Of a stretch of 64,000 nucleotides of DNA, positions 38,614-52,696 are shown piece after piece. Under the pieces are notes generated by a model that was not told the origin of the DNA, did not search any database, and worked only from the letters and a program-made list of their open reading frames with translations. Position numbers and translations under genes: made by a program. Within the stretch, counting starts at the first letter, position 1. Each line of letters begins with the position of its first letter. This DNA is from Felis catus (lineage: Eukaryota), in the NCBI RefSeq assembly GCF_018350175.1, contig NC_058368.1, positions 53,880,001-53,944,000 of the forward strand. The letters run 5' to 3'.

Positions 38614-39029
38614 ACCAACCAAAATGTTCAAGAAAATCTTCATTCACAGATTTTTTTTCAAGCCCCCCCCCCCCAAAAGCACACAATAAGCCAAGCCCCA
38701 AAGGGATAGCAACCTTTCTAGTGAAGAAGAAATATGTTTTGGGCCTTGATGTGCAATATGAATCTCTGTTCACTAATTCAAGTTTATAACTTTTTTTCAT
38801 ATTTGCCCTCGCTCAAGTAATTGATTCTCTGGTAAGTGTTGTCCTAGTACACATAATGGTAGCCTTTTAACAAACACAGTATCCTATCATTTCCAAGTAT
38901 TTAAGCAACTTGAGGGCCTCAATGAGATATTTTGGTTCAATATATTCGGTCATTTGTTCATCATTACATATTTAAATGAGATGGTCATGTGAGGTCTCTC
39001 CAAGGTGGTGATTAAGAGAGGAATATACT

Positions 39030-39251
39030 GGGGCGCTTGGGTGGCTCAGTTAGTTAAGCATCCAACTTCGGCTCAGGTCATGATCTCGCGGTTCGTGAGT
39101 TCAAGCCCCGCGTCAGGCTCTGTGCTGATGGCTCAGAGCCTGGAGCCTGTTTCAGATTCTGTATCTCCCTCTCTTTCTGACCCTCCACCATTCATGCTCT
39201 GTCTCTCTCTGTCTCAAAAATAAATAAACGTAATAAAAAAATAATAAAAAA
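39030..39251 (+). mobile_element. Can-SINE (SINEC_Fc)
   Basis: Perfect TSD aggaatatactg. Confidence 0.96.
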
Positions 39252-39528
39252 AGGAATATACTGAATATCTACACTGGGACCTTATTCGTATTGGCATTAG
39301 CCCTTTGTGATATATATTTTTTCCCTAGAGGATGACTTTTCTCTTTTTCTCTCTACTCTTCAGTCCCTGGGGCTTGGGCCTGACTTGGACTAAATACCAT
39401 AGTATAAACTCAAAATATTCTGAATAACTTTCAACTTGCTAGAATTGTTGCCATGAAGTTTACATTGATGTCTGGAAGTTAATCTTCCCGTTTCCCAAAG
39501 TTTGCAGTTATTTTAAAAGAATAGTATA

Positions 39529-39740
39529 GGGGCGCCTGGGTGGCTCCGTCGGTTAAGCCTCCGACTTCAACTCAGGTCACGGTCTCGCGGTCTGTGAGTT
39601 CGAGTCCCACGTCCGGCTCTGGGCTGATGGCTTGGAGCCTGGAGCCTGCTTCCGTTTCTGTGTCTCCCTCTCTCTCTGCCCCTCCCCCGTCCACGCTCTG
39701 TCTCTCTCTGTCTCAAAAATAAATAAACGTTAAAAAAAAA
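39529..39740 (+). mobile_element. Can-SINE (SINEC_Fc, fairly CpG-rich)
   Basis: GGGGCGCCTGGGTGGC head. TSD aaaagaatagtata/aaaagagtagtgta. Confidence 0.96.
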
Positions 39741-39833
39741 AGAGTAGTGTAACTAAACTTCAAACTTCCATCTGATAAGGTCCTTTAAAAAACCTGATAT
39801 TTTGAAGGTTTCTTCTAGTTCCTTTCTCAAAAA

Positions 39834-39889
39834 AGGAAAGAAGGAAAGAAGGAAGGAAGGAAGGAAGGAAGGAAGGAAGGAAGGAAGGA

Positions 39890-39940
<51 letters not shown>
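39834..39940. repeat. Compound (GGAA)n(GAAA)n tetranucleotide microsatellite
   Basis: Direct reading of the sequence. Confidence 0.97.
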
Positions 39941-42453
39941 TCTGCATTTCTTCTCTCTCTTTCAATCTCTCTTCTCAGTTTGGAGACCTGAAAATAATTC
40001 GTAGAGAGAAGAATTCTGAAATATAGATGTTTTAGCAAGCCTCAAAGATGGACACATTTTCAGTTATACCCAGAAACCACCCACCAATGTGTCAGTTGTC
40101 CAATGTTGTTTTCTTCCTTTTTCCTGTTCTCTTCCTCCTCATCCTTCTTTTAAACAATTTGGTTTTTTTTAAGAACCCATATTTCTTATTTCAGACAATT
40201 GTTATTTCATTTGCTGATTCTAACGTGTAATTAAAATACATGAAAAGAAAAATTATGGGTAGGATATGCATGGGTACATGCATGGCTAGGATAGAGACCA
40301 TATTGGAATATTGAAAATAAGGGGAGTGAAGGGTTTGGGATGAGGCTTGAACTTTGTGGGGTTTTTTCTTTGTTTATTTGTTTATTTTTTCTTTGTTTTT
40401 GTCAAGGAGAGAGCTCTGCCTCAAATACAGCAAAATATGTTATCAGTTCAATCTGTGTGCCTATTATATTCTGTACTTTTCTCTGTACTGGAGTTCTTTA
40501 GAGCACAAGAATTGAATTGCACTCTTCATTCTCCTTGACTTTGGGCCATCTCTAAAATCTCTCCTTCTGTGATGATGACTGGAGCACCATTCAGTGAGTT
40601 GCTGCTGGACTGAATGAGTGGTCAGTCTATTTGGACTTCCCTGTGAGTTGTACTTTTTTTCTTTTTGTCATCAATAATTCTGCCAATGATAACATTGTGT
40701 CTTTTAAATAGAAAATGAGGAGTTTGCCAGGAGGGACATAGTGGGTCTGGTGAAGGCAGATGAGGCGATTATGTCTCATAGAGTCAGGATTGACCACCAA
40801 TAGTTATCTTCAGTTCTCAGAGTGAATCATGAAGGTTTTCTAATATTGACTCAAGAATAATCCTGCTTTGTCACACAGTATTTGAGATGGAAACTGTTAG
40901 CATGAAATTCATTCCACAACAAATATTTCTCCCTCCAGTACCTACAGAAGCTCTTCCTTTGTGGCCTTAAATGGAACCTTCCTTGCAGTCGTTGGTTCTA
41001 GACATGCCACTCTGAACAACTATCTATGCACCTTCTTCCCCTCTAACTTCAATAACTAGTCTTGCCTTGATATAAGGCTGCAACATGTTGTTAACTTGTG
41101 CCCAATACCACATGTCTATGAGTGGGATGCCAATGATTAGACAAGAAGTATAGATTTTTTTTTAATAAATCAGGCATTTTCTTGATTAGCAGCAGAAAAA
41201 GTCTCCAGGCTTTACCACTTGGGCTCAGCACCCTGAACTCTGGCTGATATTCTGAGAGTTTTATTATAAATCTTTTTATTGTTATTTTCAATTCTGGGTA
41301 GGTACCTGGAAATGTTTGTTCATTGATAGATTCAATGTCATAAATGAATGTGTTCCTTTTTAAATAATCACCAATATTTCTTTGCTTTGTTCACTTTGTG
41401 TTGAATATGACATCATAGAATGTTTAATATACAACTTAATTTAAAATTTCAAAAATTTCAGGTAAGATGAAAATAGAAAATAGTAGGCATGGCATAAAGA
41501 TAGAATTTGAAATTTTGTGAATAAGTTTGTCTAAATGCCATATTAAGTGTTAAAAGTCAGGGAGTGATCAGGTAGTATAATTTATTTATCTGAATGTTTT
41601 CAATTATTCAGATGGTATTTCTAGGATAAATTTTTTCTTTTTATTGGGAAATCAGAGCTCAAATATGAAGAAAACATGCACTTTTAAGCAGTTCTTTTCA
41701 AAAAGCATAAAATAAACTAATACAGATTTTATTATTGCATTTTTAAATATTGACTCATCTGGGGTTAAATCTTATTTTCTCTGAATCAGTCCCCCTGATA
41801 TTCTGGCATTAGGATTTGTAACAAAGACTTTAAATTGTTTTGCTTTTAATGGATAAGAACATAGAAACTGAAATAAAAGCTTTTCTCCAAAGCCCCTAAA
41901 GCAGGAAACCATTATAGAATTCAATCTTACTTACTGAGTACTTTCTCAATGCTGATTTATAGGAGCTTACATTCATTCAGTTTATGAAAAATATGATTTT
42001 AGTGAACTTGAGTTGTCACAAAGACTCTTCAAAATTCATGTCCTTTTGAATGAAAAACTAGTCACACGATTGATATTTCACAACAGTGACTTCTTACTGT
42101 TCTTATTCTTATGAGTTATTGACAGAAGAGATCTATGAAGAGAGCTATCTAATGCTATCTATGAAATATAGTACTGTCCAGATCTCTTCCTGTCTCATGC
42201 ATCTGAAATATACTAACCAACAAGCCAAAGTAAAGTCACCTTTACTGTGCTTTTTCTATTGAACTTTAAAAGTATGTCATACTAGGAAAAATTAATTCTA
42301 GAAATACATTTAACAAATACTTGTAAACCGCTCAGTACTTGGCTTTAACAAATCTTAACATTTAAAAATATTTGCTTCAGACCATTTTTCTGATGCCTCA
42401 TGTTTGTTTTTGTGTTTTATTATGTAAATATATATCTAAAAGCAACATTTTGT

Positions 42454-42680
42454 GGGGTACCTGAGTGGCTGAGTCACTTAAGCATCTGACTTTGGCTCAG
42501 GTCATGAGCTGGTGGTTGGTGAATTCCAGCCCAGCACAGGGCTTTGCCCTGACAGTGGGGAGCCTGCTTGGAATTCTCTCTCTCTGCCTCTCTTTCTACC
42601 CCTACTTGGCTCATTCTCTCTCTCTCTCTCTCAAGGAAAATGAATAAACATTAAAAAAATGTTTAATTAAAAAAATAAAT
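42454..42680 (+). mobile_element. Can-SINE (SINEC_Fc2-like)
   Basis: TSD aaaagcaacatttt/aaaagcaatgtttt. Confidence 0.93.
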
Positions 42681-43299
42681 AAAAGCAATGTTTTGCAAGT
42701 TTTAAAATTTTTTATAGGTTCATATATCTTACTGTGATCTATTTTTTAATGCCCATTTTATAGATATAGCTCTAGTTCATTTATTCTCATTCTGTAATCT
42801 TTTATTTATGTAGTACAGAGTATTTAATTTATTCTACTGTTGATGGACATTTAGGTAATTTATAATTTTGTGATTAAATCAATACCATTGTAAAACTTTT
42901 TTGTACCTGTCTGTTTTGCACATGTCAAAGTATTGGGGGCTTTTGTGGCGGGTGTAGTGGAGACTTCTATTCCTAGAAGGGAATTTAGGAAATATATACA
43001 CACATACACACACACATACATCTCCATCTATATTAAACATTATCAAACTCTTTACAAAGTAAATTGTAACAGTTTTCATTCTAAGCAGCAAACTTGAGAA
43101 TTACCAGTTTCAAATATTCTTGACAGCATTTGATACTGGCAGGTTTAACATTTTGCCAATTTGAAAACTTGCTTCTTTTTATGATTTTCCTGTGTATTGG
43201 CCTGATTACTTGTGACTTATGAATATACGTATTCTCTCTATATATGTATATATATTATCCAACTTTTTATTTATATGGATTCCACCTATTAAAAATTTT

Positions 43300-43515
43300 G
43301 GGGGCACCTGGGTGGCTCAGTTGGTTAAGCGTTTGACTTCAGCTCAGGTCGTAATCTCATGGTTCGTGGGTTCGAGCCCTGTGTCAGGCTCTGTGCTGAC
43401 AGCTCGGAGCCTGGAGCCTGCTTCAAATTGTGTGTCCTCCTGTCTCTCTGCCCCCCTCCCGCCCACCACTCATACTCTGTCTCTGTCTCTTTCTCAAAAA
43501 TAAATAAACATTAAA
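43300..43515 (+). mobile_element. Can-SINE (SINEC_Fc)
   Basis: Full head, CT tract and AATAAA tail. Confidence 0.95.
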
Positions 43516-43949
43516 TTCTTTTTTAATTTTGTCCATTTTATGTTTTTTGGTGGAGGTTTTATGTGTTTCTTATATATTCAGCATACAAATCCTCTGTCAT
43601 TTTTATGCTTAGAATTATTTTTTCACAATTATTATTTTTCTACTTTATTGGTCGTTTATTTTCCTGTTCAAAATATTTTTATTTCAATACCATCAAAGTT
43701 ATCAATACTTTTCCTCTGATCTTTGTGCTTTTGTGAGTTTTGTGTCTAAGAAATCTTTCCCTAGCCCAACATCATAGTCGATATTATCCTACATTTTCTT
43801 CTAAAAGATTTAAAGCTGAGCTTTTCACACTCATAGGTTAAATTCACTTGGAACTAATTTTTTTTATAATGTGAAGTAGTGTTCTAATTTACATTTTTCC
43901 ACCTAGAAAAATATTTTCGCTGCACTATTTGTTTAAAAGTTCCCAATGA

Positions 43950-44131
43950 AGAGGCACAGGGGTGGCTGTTGGTTGAGCATCCAACTCTGGCTTAGGTCAT
44001 GATCTCCCAGTTTGTGAGTTTGAGCACCAAGTTGGACCCGCTGCTGTCAGCCTGTCAGCCTGCTTCGATCCTCTGTCCCCCTCTCCCTGCTCCTCCCCTG
44101 CTTGTGCTTTCCCAAAAATAAATAAATATTT
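43950..44131 (+). mobile_element. Can-SINE (older subfamily)
   Basis: Perfect 18-bp TSD tttaaaagttcccaatga (43932-43949/44132-44149). Confidence 0.92.
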
Positions 44132-45072
44132 TTTAAAAGTTCCCAATGACTATTAATGCTATGCCTGTCATATACCAAGCTACACATAAGCCCACCTGTA
44201 CGGATCTGCGTCCGAGTATTCAAAGGGTAGCTGCTATCAGACTGTCTGCTCAGGTCCTTGACATGCCTGAGAATGAACAAGTCATTTATTTTCAGATTAT
44301 TGGTTTGTGGCTGTATTGCTTGGCACTGACTTCTTCATGTGTTTCTCAATTCCAATTTGTTCTGTTTCAAGTTCATTTTGTTCATGTCATTTTTGAGCTT
44401 AGTTAATTTTTTTTCTTTCATGTTTTTGTTCATTATGGTAGGGCCAGAAAACTTGTATTTATTGCTTGAGCCCAAAGTATGATCACATAAGGCTGGTCCC
44501 AGATGAGTATGGTCATATATTAACCGCAGCCTTTTCTGTAAGGACATCTAAAAAATGCACAGGAATGCCACATACACCCCCCCCCCCCCCCGGCCCCAGC
44601 CCCAGCCCCTGTCTTACTCCTACACATTCCTCTTGTGGCATTAGCGCTTTGCTACACATGCTGTTCTTTGCTGATGACTGACACGGCCTTCACCACTCTT
44701 TGGGGGGAAGGGACAGAATGCTTTCTTTACCAAGCATGCTCAGTTTCTCACTGCATTGCCAAGAGCAATCCATCAGTCATGGTTAATGAGACTCCACAGA
44801 AATTTCCAAGGGAAGGAAAGAGACCTTCATGAGTCTGTGACCATGGCTTGGGATCTCTTTTCAGACACTTATCTACCTCATTCTGGGTCTAACCCCATGG
44901 GGCAAGGGCTGCCTTACTCTCCACCACAAAGGTGTTCTGCTTATGTCTGTGCCACGGAGTTTAAGACAGGAACTCTGACCCCTAGGGAGAGGAGAAATGT
45001 GCAATCTAAGCTTGTCCTTCATCTTGTCTTCCTGCTCCTTTGCTGACTATCCTCTGGTCTTCAGTAATCCAC

Positions 45073-45606
45073 TGTACTTAAAATTATAGGAATTTCCCAT
45101 TGTTGTTGTACAGACTACCACAAAGTTAGTGGCTTAAAACAACACAAAATGTGTTACGTTATAGTTCTGGAGATCAGAAGTCCAAAATGGGTCTCAGTAG
45201 GCTAAAATCAAGGCATTGTCAGGCTGCATTCCTTCTGGAGTTTCTAGTAGAGAATTGGTTTCCATGCCCTTTCCAGCTTCTAGAAGCTACTTGCATTCCT
45301 TGGCTTGCAGTCCCTTCCTCCAATCTCCAAAGCCTTCAAAGGTGGATTGAGTCTTTCTCATGTCACATTGCTCTGACACTGCTTCCTTTGCATGTGTCTT
45401 TCTCTGGCACTTCTGCCTCCCTCTTCCACATTTAAAGGAGCCCTGTAATTTCACTGGATCCACCTGATAATCCAGGATAGTTTCCTTATTCTGACGTCAA
45501 CTGATAAGCAATTTTAATTCCCCCCTTGTCATGTAATATAACATATTCATGGGTTCCAAGGACTCAGACATGGATGTCTTTGGGAGCCATTATTCCACCC
45601 ACCACA
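45073..45606 (-). mobile_element. MaLR solo LTR (MLT1C-like)
   Basis: accacaaagttagtggcttaaaacaacac...ttccagcttctagaagc...ataatccaggata...gggagccattattccacccaccaca. Confidence 0.9.
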
Positions 45607-46299
45607 GAGACAAACCCTGCTCTATGCCCAGAATTACAATGGCTCTAAAATGGCACGAGAATAAAACTGTTTAGTGTCAGTATATTTACCAAATTCTATG
45701 TTATTTGTCTTAAATATCTTTACATGGGAGACATCTCCAGCTCTATCTGGGGTGGACTGAATAAATGTCAGTCTACCTCTACAGCACGTGGCCCTAAGAT
45801 GAAGGGAACATCAGGTCGTTATATCTTTCAGATTTCAGGGTCTTTTCACCTGGCATGGCGAGGTAGCTGCTTCAGCAAGGGAACATACACATACATCCTG
45901 AAAATAAGACATGATATATGTGTAGAAGCAGTCCAGACCCCCTTTGAGGAAAGCAAATGTGTCTATCAGAAAGAAGATTTGCAGGGACCTACGATTCCTA
46001 ACAACACACCCAGTTTAGAACTCTGAGCTGAACAACCAGCCATTATGTTTGTAGTATTTATATTTGATTTAATTCTTTGCTTCTAGCTCTTCCTTAAGGA
46101 TATGAGTGGTTACTTGGCGTGCTCTCTCTCACCATCCGTTTCCAATATTATACTTTTTTATAGAACAATGAGAAAATCTGTTCCAAAGTGAAATTTAAGT
46201 CTTCATTTTAGAAGACAGAAAACAATCTACATTTAAATGACAGTTGTTTGTTTAAAAACTACTGAGTACTATTTACTCAAAAACTATTTACAGTGTACC

Positions 46300-46895
46300 C
46301 CGTATGTACATATGGTAGTCTCTCCACCTGTAGCTTTGATACCTGTATGTGATAGATCTCGAAGACTTCCTATGTTCTAAAATATTTGCTTTTGTTCTCT
46401 ATCTACGTCCAGACCTTAGGCTCTGAAAATGTCATCTATTTCTATCCTAGCTTCTATTTCTTTACATTAAATATTGCTAAAAAGAACTTATCCATGAGTT
46501 AACACAATTTCTGTCCTTCTCCTCTAAACTCCTATGCAGTCTCTCCTCAAGTTTGTGTTTTTCCACACCCTACAAGGTTCCTCTCCCACCTCCAGCTTTC
46601 CCCCAAGCAAATCCATTTTGCTCATTTAAGCTATTTTTTTCCTTTAATGCCCAGCCCGAGCTATCGTCTTTTGTCACAGTAAAACCAACACTAGGAATAC
46701 ATACCAAGAATACATTTGATCTAGCTGCCTTTCTCTTTTTTCCTCCCGTGTATTCTAAGTTATAAAGAACAGTTTATCTCGATTGTCTAAAAATATAAAT
46801 TGCATGAGGGCAAGGATGGCATCCCTTTTACATTCTGTAACCTTCAAACAATTGTGTATAGAAAATGTCGAAGTGCTCAATTAACAAATGAATCA
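46300..46895 (+). mobile_element. L2 remnant
   Basis: taaattgcatgagggcaaggat...gtgctcaattaacaaatgaat. Confidence 0.5.
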
Positions 46896-48869
46896 AAGCA
46901 CTACCATTTCTTCCTTAAATGTCACATATTTTTACCCAGCTAAAAATATTTTTCTGTGGTCTTGGCATTTTGCATGTGACATGGCATCTGCTCTAAAAGT
47001 AACAATAGAATTAGAACAGACCTCTCAACTGCTATTTTCAGTAAACTATTTTGTCATTGTAAAATCTTTTGTTAAAATGCAAGAAAAGATAATTATTCTT
47101 TTTTTCCCCCTTAATACCATTGTGAATAAAAAGGCAGTGTACTTACAATAGAAAAATTATCATTGAACTGTCTAATGAGGTTGATGTAGAGGCATTTTTG
47201 TAACGTGCTAATCCTCTTGGGACCACTTTATATTTTTTCTTGCCCAAGTTATTTCTGCCTCAATAACTTAAACATTGCTACTCTGACCATAATCTGTCCC
47301 TCAGGCTTTTCTTCGAAGGGGGACAAATACAAAATCACTTCCTTTCCTACGTAAATAGAAACTTGGCACTGCAGATATATCTGAATAACAGATTACCTAA
47401 ACTACCCCTGGGAAGCCTGGAACAACAGAATCAGACTCAGGGACAGACAGTGACATTTGCTGAGATTTGACCAGATTAAAATCCAGGCCCCAAGCATTTT
47501 AGTATTTCAGTTGCAGATCATCAAGTTAAATAAAATCAAACAATTAAAAGTGATCAACTGCATTTGAATATGATGCCAAATAAATGCCTGGATTGCTTTT
47601 ACTCCTATAAAACTAATGGGTTGGTTAATTAATTAGTAGGTTGTTTGCCAAACTGTAGAAACAGAACACAACTTATCTCAGAATTATGATTATAGAGATA
47701 AGAAAAGTAAATAGAAGATAAACTAATTAAGCAGGGTAATTATGCGTATAAAAACTGTGCTGGAAAAGCAATCAGTTTCATACCTGAATCCTGAGTATGT
47801 GACGATGTCAATAGAGTTTGCCATACAAGGCCTTGGTTCCTAGTTTACAAAGTGTTTCATTCCTCCTCCAATTTTTCTTTTTAAACAGTAAAACTAAACT
47901 GAGAATCAATAATTCTCATTTTCTACGTTTCAAAATTATAAAATCTTTCCTTTGATTCATGTAGAAGCTATCTTCCTAGAGTGTTATGCACAGAAGCATG
48001 TGTATTTGTATGGTAACTTTTTCTCAGTTTATTTCATCTTTCAAATCCATGCAAATATTTCGCTCTGCTCCATAACTTATCTGTGTTTGTGTTTCTGTGA
48101 AAATACTGGTTTTCCCTCATATTTTGAGTAAATTTGATTCTCCAAGAGAATGCCCCAGGTTTCTGCTGTGATCTTGCCTTCTACTGTCACCATCTGGGAT
48201 AGGAGTCTCCTGGCTGGGCTCTCTCTCAGCAGAACCCTCAGCAAAGGAGCCTTCTCTCTCAATGCTGGTGGGGCAGGAGACTGGGGAGATCAACCAGAGT
48301 TTGACTGCCTTTGGAAAATGGAGCCATGATGGCTGAGGAAGCTGTCTTTCTATTTAAAGGTTTGCTGCTTTCCTTTTGTATATTTAACCGATAATTAAAA
48401 TGATCATTTATACACTAAACGTGATTTTGATTTACGCATCCTTTCAAAAATCTTCTTGCCTAGATCTCTCTGAGTCAGTGGAACCACTCCAGCCTTAGAG
48501 TCTCTCTTCCTCTGGAACCCCATATCCACTCCCTCTGCAGAGACTGTCATCTCTGCGTCTCACGCCCACCCCCCTTCTTGCTAGCTTTGCTGCCACCCCT
48601 AATCCAGCAACCTGGAATACTTTTCCTCCTTGACTTCGCTGGAGTCCGTCTCAAACACAGTTTTGCTCAAAGATGCCTTCCCCGATTGCCTCTCTGAAGA
48701 AGCACCTGCCCTTTATCTTTTCCGATGCTCTTACCTTTATTGCTTTTTCTTGACAATAAACAGCTTCCCAGTTCATCTCATCGCTTCCAGTTTTGCCCCC
48801 TTACAAAACATTGTCTTCTTAGCTTCCGGAGTGATTCTCCACTAAATAGAGAATAAAATCCACAACGCT

Positions 48870-49200
48870 TGCTGTGGTGGTTACTGAGCTGACTCTTAAT
48901 CCTGGTTTTAGTTTGTTGGTTTCTCAGATGACTTTTCTAAGTCTTTCCTAAGAGTAGTGTCCTTAAGACACTCTGTCTAGGCCCCAAATAACTCTGTAAC
49001 ACATCACCCTGTTTTATTTTCATTATAGCTCAAATCCAAGTCCAAATACCTTCTATTTTGTTTTGCTTTATTGTTCAATGTTGTGGTTTTTGACTCTCCC
49101 AAGAGAATAAAAGCTGTACTTGTCTCCTTCAATAATGCCAGTCTATTGCCTAGTACAGTGTCTGGCCTATAATAGGTGTTCAATAAATATCTGTTGAATG
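48870..49200 (+). mobile_element. L2 3' remnant
   Basis: gcctagtacagtgtctggcctataataggtgttcaataaatatctgttgaatg. Confidence 0.7.
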
Positions 49201-51923
49201 GCTAAATGTATTGATTATGATTCAGTAAAGCAGGTAGAGCATGGCCTTTAAAAGTGGAACACAACAAAACTCAACCACAGGGGTAGAAAACAAAACAGAG
49301 AAATGGCACATCGCATGTTTGGGGGGTTTTGTTGTTTTTTTCTTTGTTTCGCATGGAAAATATGGAAGTATATTAAAAGCCACAAAACTCTGTCAGACAC
49401 TTATGCTCTAATCTCATGATATTAAAAATGTATAAAGCGCCTGCATTTAAAGATTACCGCATAGGTAAGTTTTTCATTTGAATGTTGGTAATTAACCTTG
49501 AGACCAGTAACCCCATTCTACAGATGAGACAACTAAGACTTACAGGATTGCAAGCTGTCTACTTTCCATGATATCATATACCAACCAGTTTTTGATTCTT
49601 GCAGCCAGGAAGCCACGAGAGAGTCAAGATTGCATTAGGACACAACTTCTTTAACAACAAAGAGTGAAAACTAAACTTTTTTGAGCAGATGGCACAAATT
49701 CAATCACGATGATGCCCCTGCTGTGCATAGTGTTGTTTGTCTCTCCCACAGACACAATGGGTGCAAAATTTCAGTGACATCCATAAGCTACCAGAGGCAA
49801 AATAATGATTAAAAATAATCACGATATGTTAACACAAAAAGTTCTATATTATTACCTAACTTAAAAGCTGTAATTTAATTTACAGTAACATCTAGAATAA
49901 ATGCAGATGCAACCAAACATTCTGGAAATGGAAAGGTTGGGCTTTCTTTTCTCTTTCTTTTTTTTTGTTTTCAGTGAATCAGCCTGTGGTCTATGCCCAA
50001 GAGATGCCTGATGACTGCCATCCTGGCCCGGTGTTTTGGGGTTGTTCAATAGGGAGCATGAACCCTGGAGAGCTTTTTGGATGGCTTTCACATGTTCCTT
50101 GCTTGGGGATATTCAAAATCCTTTAAGAGCATTCTTAAGAAGTTTGCTGGATATTATGATACTCCATTAAAGATATTTCACTTGGCTGATACCAGCAGGT
50201 GTGCACCCCCAGAACTTCACTTCATCCCCTGCTGAGAGGTGCACAAAGATACACTTGGTCAGCGTGAAGGACACTGATCTTCGTTAACAATTTTAACATA
50301 CTGTCTTTATGAAAGCAAGTGACATAGTTGTAGCCGCTATTTCTTGAACCTTAATGGGTGTCAGATATTTTACATATATTATTGCCAATATCCCACAAAC
50401 ATGCAAGATAGATATTATTAAATGTTAAATGATTTGCTGGAGGCCAGACAACTAGGAAAATCAGAGAACTATGGTTTTAACCCACTCTTTTTGATTTCAA
50501 AGTCTTAACTTTTTCTGTCATTCCACTGTGTCTCATTCATTCTTTCATTCATTAAACAAGATTCATTTAACGCCTATTATGTAACAGGCACTGTTTGAGC
50601 TATTGAGGAAAACAAAGTTACTTATCTTATGGGGCTTATAGTTCAGTTGGGCAGAAAGGAAATACACCAGTATATCACATAACATTATAGATGTAATATA
50701 ACATAAGTATTAACTATGTAGTTATATCTGTTATAAAATCAAAACAAAACAAGGGGACAAGCCAGGAAAGTAGGTTTGGTAATCAAATCAGAGAATGTTC
50801 TCAGACTGGACCCTTTTGGACTTTGTTGGCCACAAGAGGGGCTCCTGATTTATATATCAAAAGTTCCCTTTACAAATAGCAACTAATAGACCACAGAATC
50901 TAGATAAAGTTAGATAGACATCTCCAAAAGTATATTTCGCTTTGGACAGAATAAATTTAATCATTAATTTATACATTCTTTCAGGAAACTTTATGTGGAA
51001 CATTTTATATATCAGGAATAGAGACAGTGCTGGGGCTAAAAAGATGAATAAGACAATCCCTTCCCTCAAGGGAAGGCAGAAAGGCAGACAGAGAAATTCT
51101 TGAATAACTTTTATTTAAAACATGACATCTATTCAGAAGCATTTAATGAGATTCCATTAGGCCTCAAATCCACTGTGGGAGACTCTGAAAACCCATGAGA
51201 AGCTATGATCTCAAGAGAAGGAAGTCTGGAGGAAGCTACAGACCAGTGTTCAGAGAAGACATGAGATGTTGCTTTTAAAGAATGAGGACAAGTTTACCAC
51301 AAGGGCTACAGAGATCATTTACGTAGAGAAGGTGGCTAACAGGAAAGTAGGGAATTGAATTGGTATGTTCAGGAACAGTAAGAAGACCCAGGTGCTAGAA
51401 GGGCTCAGGAGGGGCAGTGACGGAGGTAAAATAGTGGGGGGGACTTGACTCTGAAAGAGATGGTATTGAAAGTGTGGATTCAGTCAGTAGACTGTGATGA
51501 GCGACACTGTTAGTCTCCTTCTGTCATATTCTCGTGGAGAAGAACTTGTCCTGTCCCGTCCCGTCCCCTTATCCCTTTCAGACTCCTCACCGGAAGTGTG
51601 TTCGTCCAGGGAACATGAATTTGTAGATGGAACTGAACATGCAGAGTTGGAACATACTGCTCGTCCACAGATGTTCTCACAGGAGCATGCTGTGCTGCTA
51701 CTGGCCAGTGGCCAGGTGGGAAAACCTGTCCAATTCAGGGGCAAAGTTTTAGAAAAGCCATTTGCCATGGATGTAAAGCCTCATCCTTTGATCAGCTTTA
51801 AAACCAATAAAGCTGACATTTCTATGCCTTGCAAGCCCCCCCCCATTCTTTCTCTCTCAATTGTTTTCTGTTCTGAAAGAAGAGTGAATTTACTTACCAG
51901 CTTTCCTAAAACTACAATACACC

Positions 51924-52523
51924 TGTGAAGTCAGTATAATGATTTCCAAAGATGTTTTCATCCCTGAACCTGGAAATAGGTTACCTTACATGACAGAGGG
52001 AATTTTGAACATGAGATTAAAATTAAGGACCTTGAGATGGGGAGATTATCCCAGATTTTCCTAGATTACTCCAATCTAATCACATGAGTCCTAAAAAGCT
52101 AAAAGTCTGTCAGTTGGGTCAGAGAGATGTGAGGATGAAAGAATGGTCAGACAGAGGCAACATGGGAAGGGTTCGCCTCACGTTGCTGGCTTTGAAGGTG
52201 GAGGAAGGGAGCCACAAACCAAGGAATGAGGGCAGCCTCTGGTCGCTGAGAACTAACTCCTGGCCCACAGCAGCAAGGAGATGAGGACACTGGTCCTACT
52301 GGCCACAGGAAACTGAATTCTGCCAGCCCCCCGGGCGAGCAGGAAATTGATTCTCCCCTAGAGTCTAAAGGAACAACAGAGCCTGGCTAACACCTTGATT
52401 TTAGCCCAGTGTAACCTGTGTCAGACTTCTGACCTACAAAACTGTAAGATAACCATTTTAGTTGTTGTTTTAATTCGCTCAGTTTGTGGTAATTTGTCAT
52501 GGCAGCCGTAGAAAACTAATACA
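51924..52523 (+). mobile_element. MaLR solo LTR (MLT1D/E-like)
   Basis: gttaccttacatg...attaaggaccttgagatggggagattatcc...ttctgacctac...gtggtaatttgt...gaaaactaataca. Confidence 0.9.
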
Positions 52524-52535
52524 ACATCACATGGA

Positions 52536-52696
52536 ACTTATGGCATATGACATTGTGTAGGTTTGAGGCATACAGTGTGTTGGCTGAATAGATTTACATA
52601 ACGCAATATTACTACCCTGGTAGTGTTACCTAACACTTTTATCACATCACATAATTATCATTTCTGGTTTGTGTTGAGAACAGTGAAGATCTAGTC
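52536..52696 (-). mobile_element. Short L1MA-like 3' end
   Basis: atatgacattgtgtaggttt...cacataattatcatttc...gtgttgagaacagtgaagatcta. Confidence 0.75.

Larger units (their letters stand above)
42700..44230 (-). mobile_element. Ancient L1 (L1ME-like) ORF2/3' relic hosting two SINEs
   Basis: ctgttgatggacatttaggt...taagaaatctttccctagccc...cctacattttcttctaaaag resembles antisense L1. Confidence 0.72.

Noticed and set aside
49416..49469. Short ORF MILKMYKAPAFKDYRI ending at the donor TAG|GTAAGT, and other isolated donors (7635, 30731, 41461, 51898, 63941)
   Set aside because: Isolated donor hexamers are frequent in AT-rich DNA. None has a convincing acceptor or a recognisable product.
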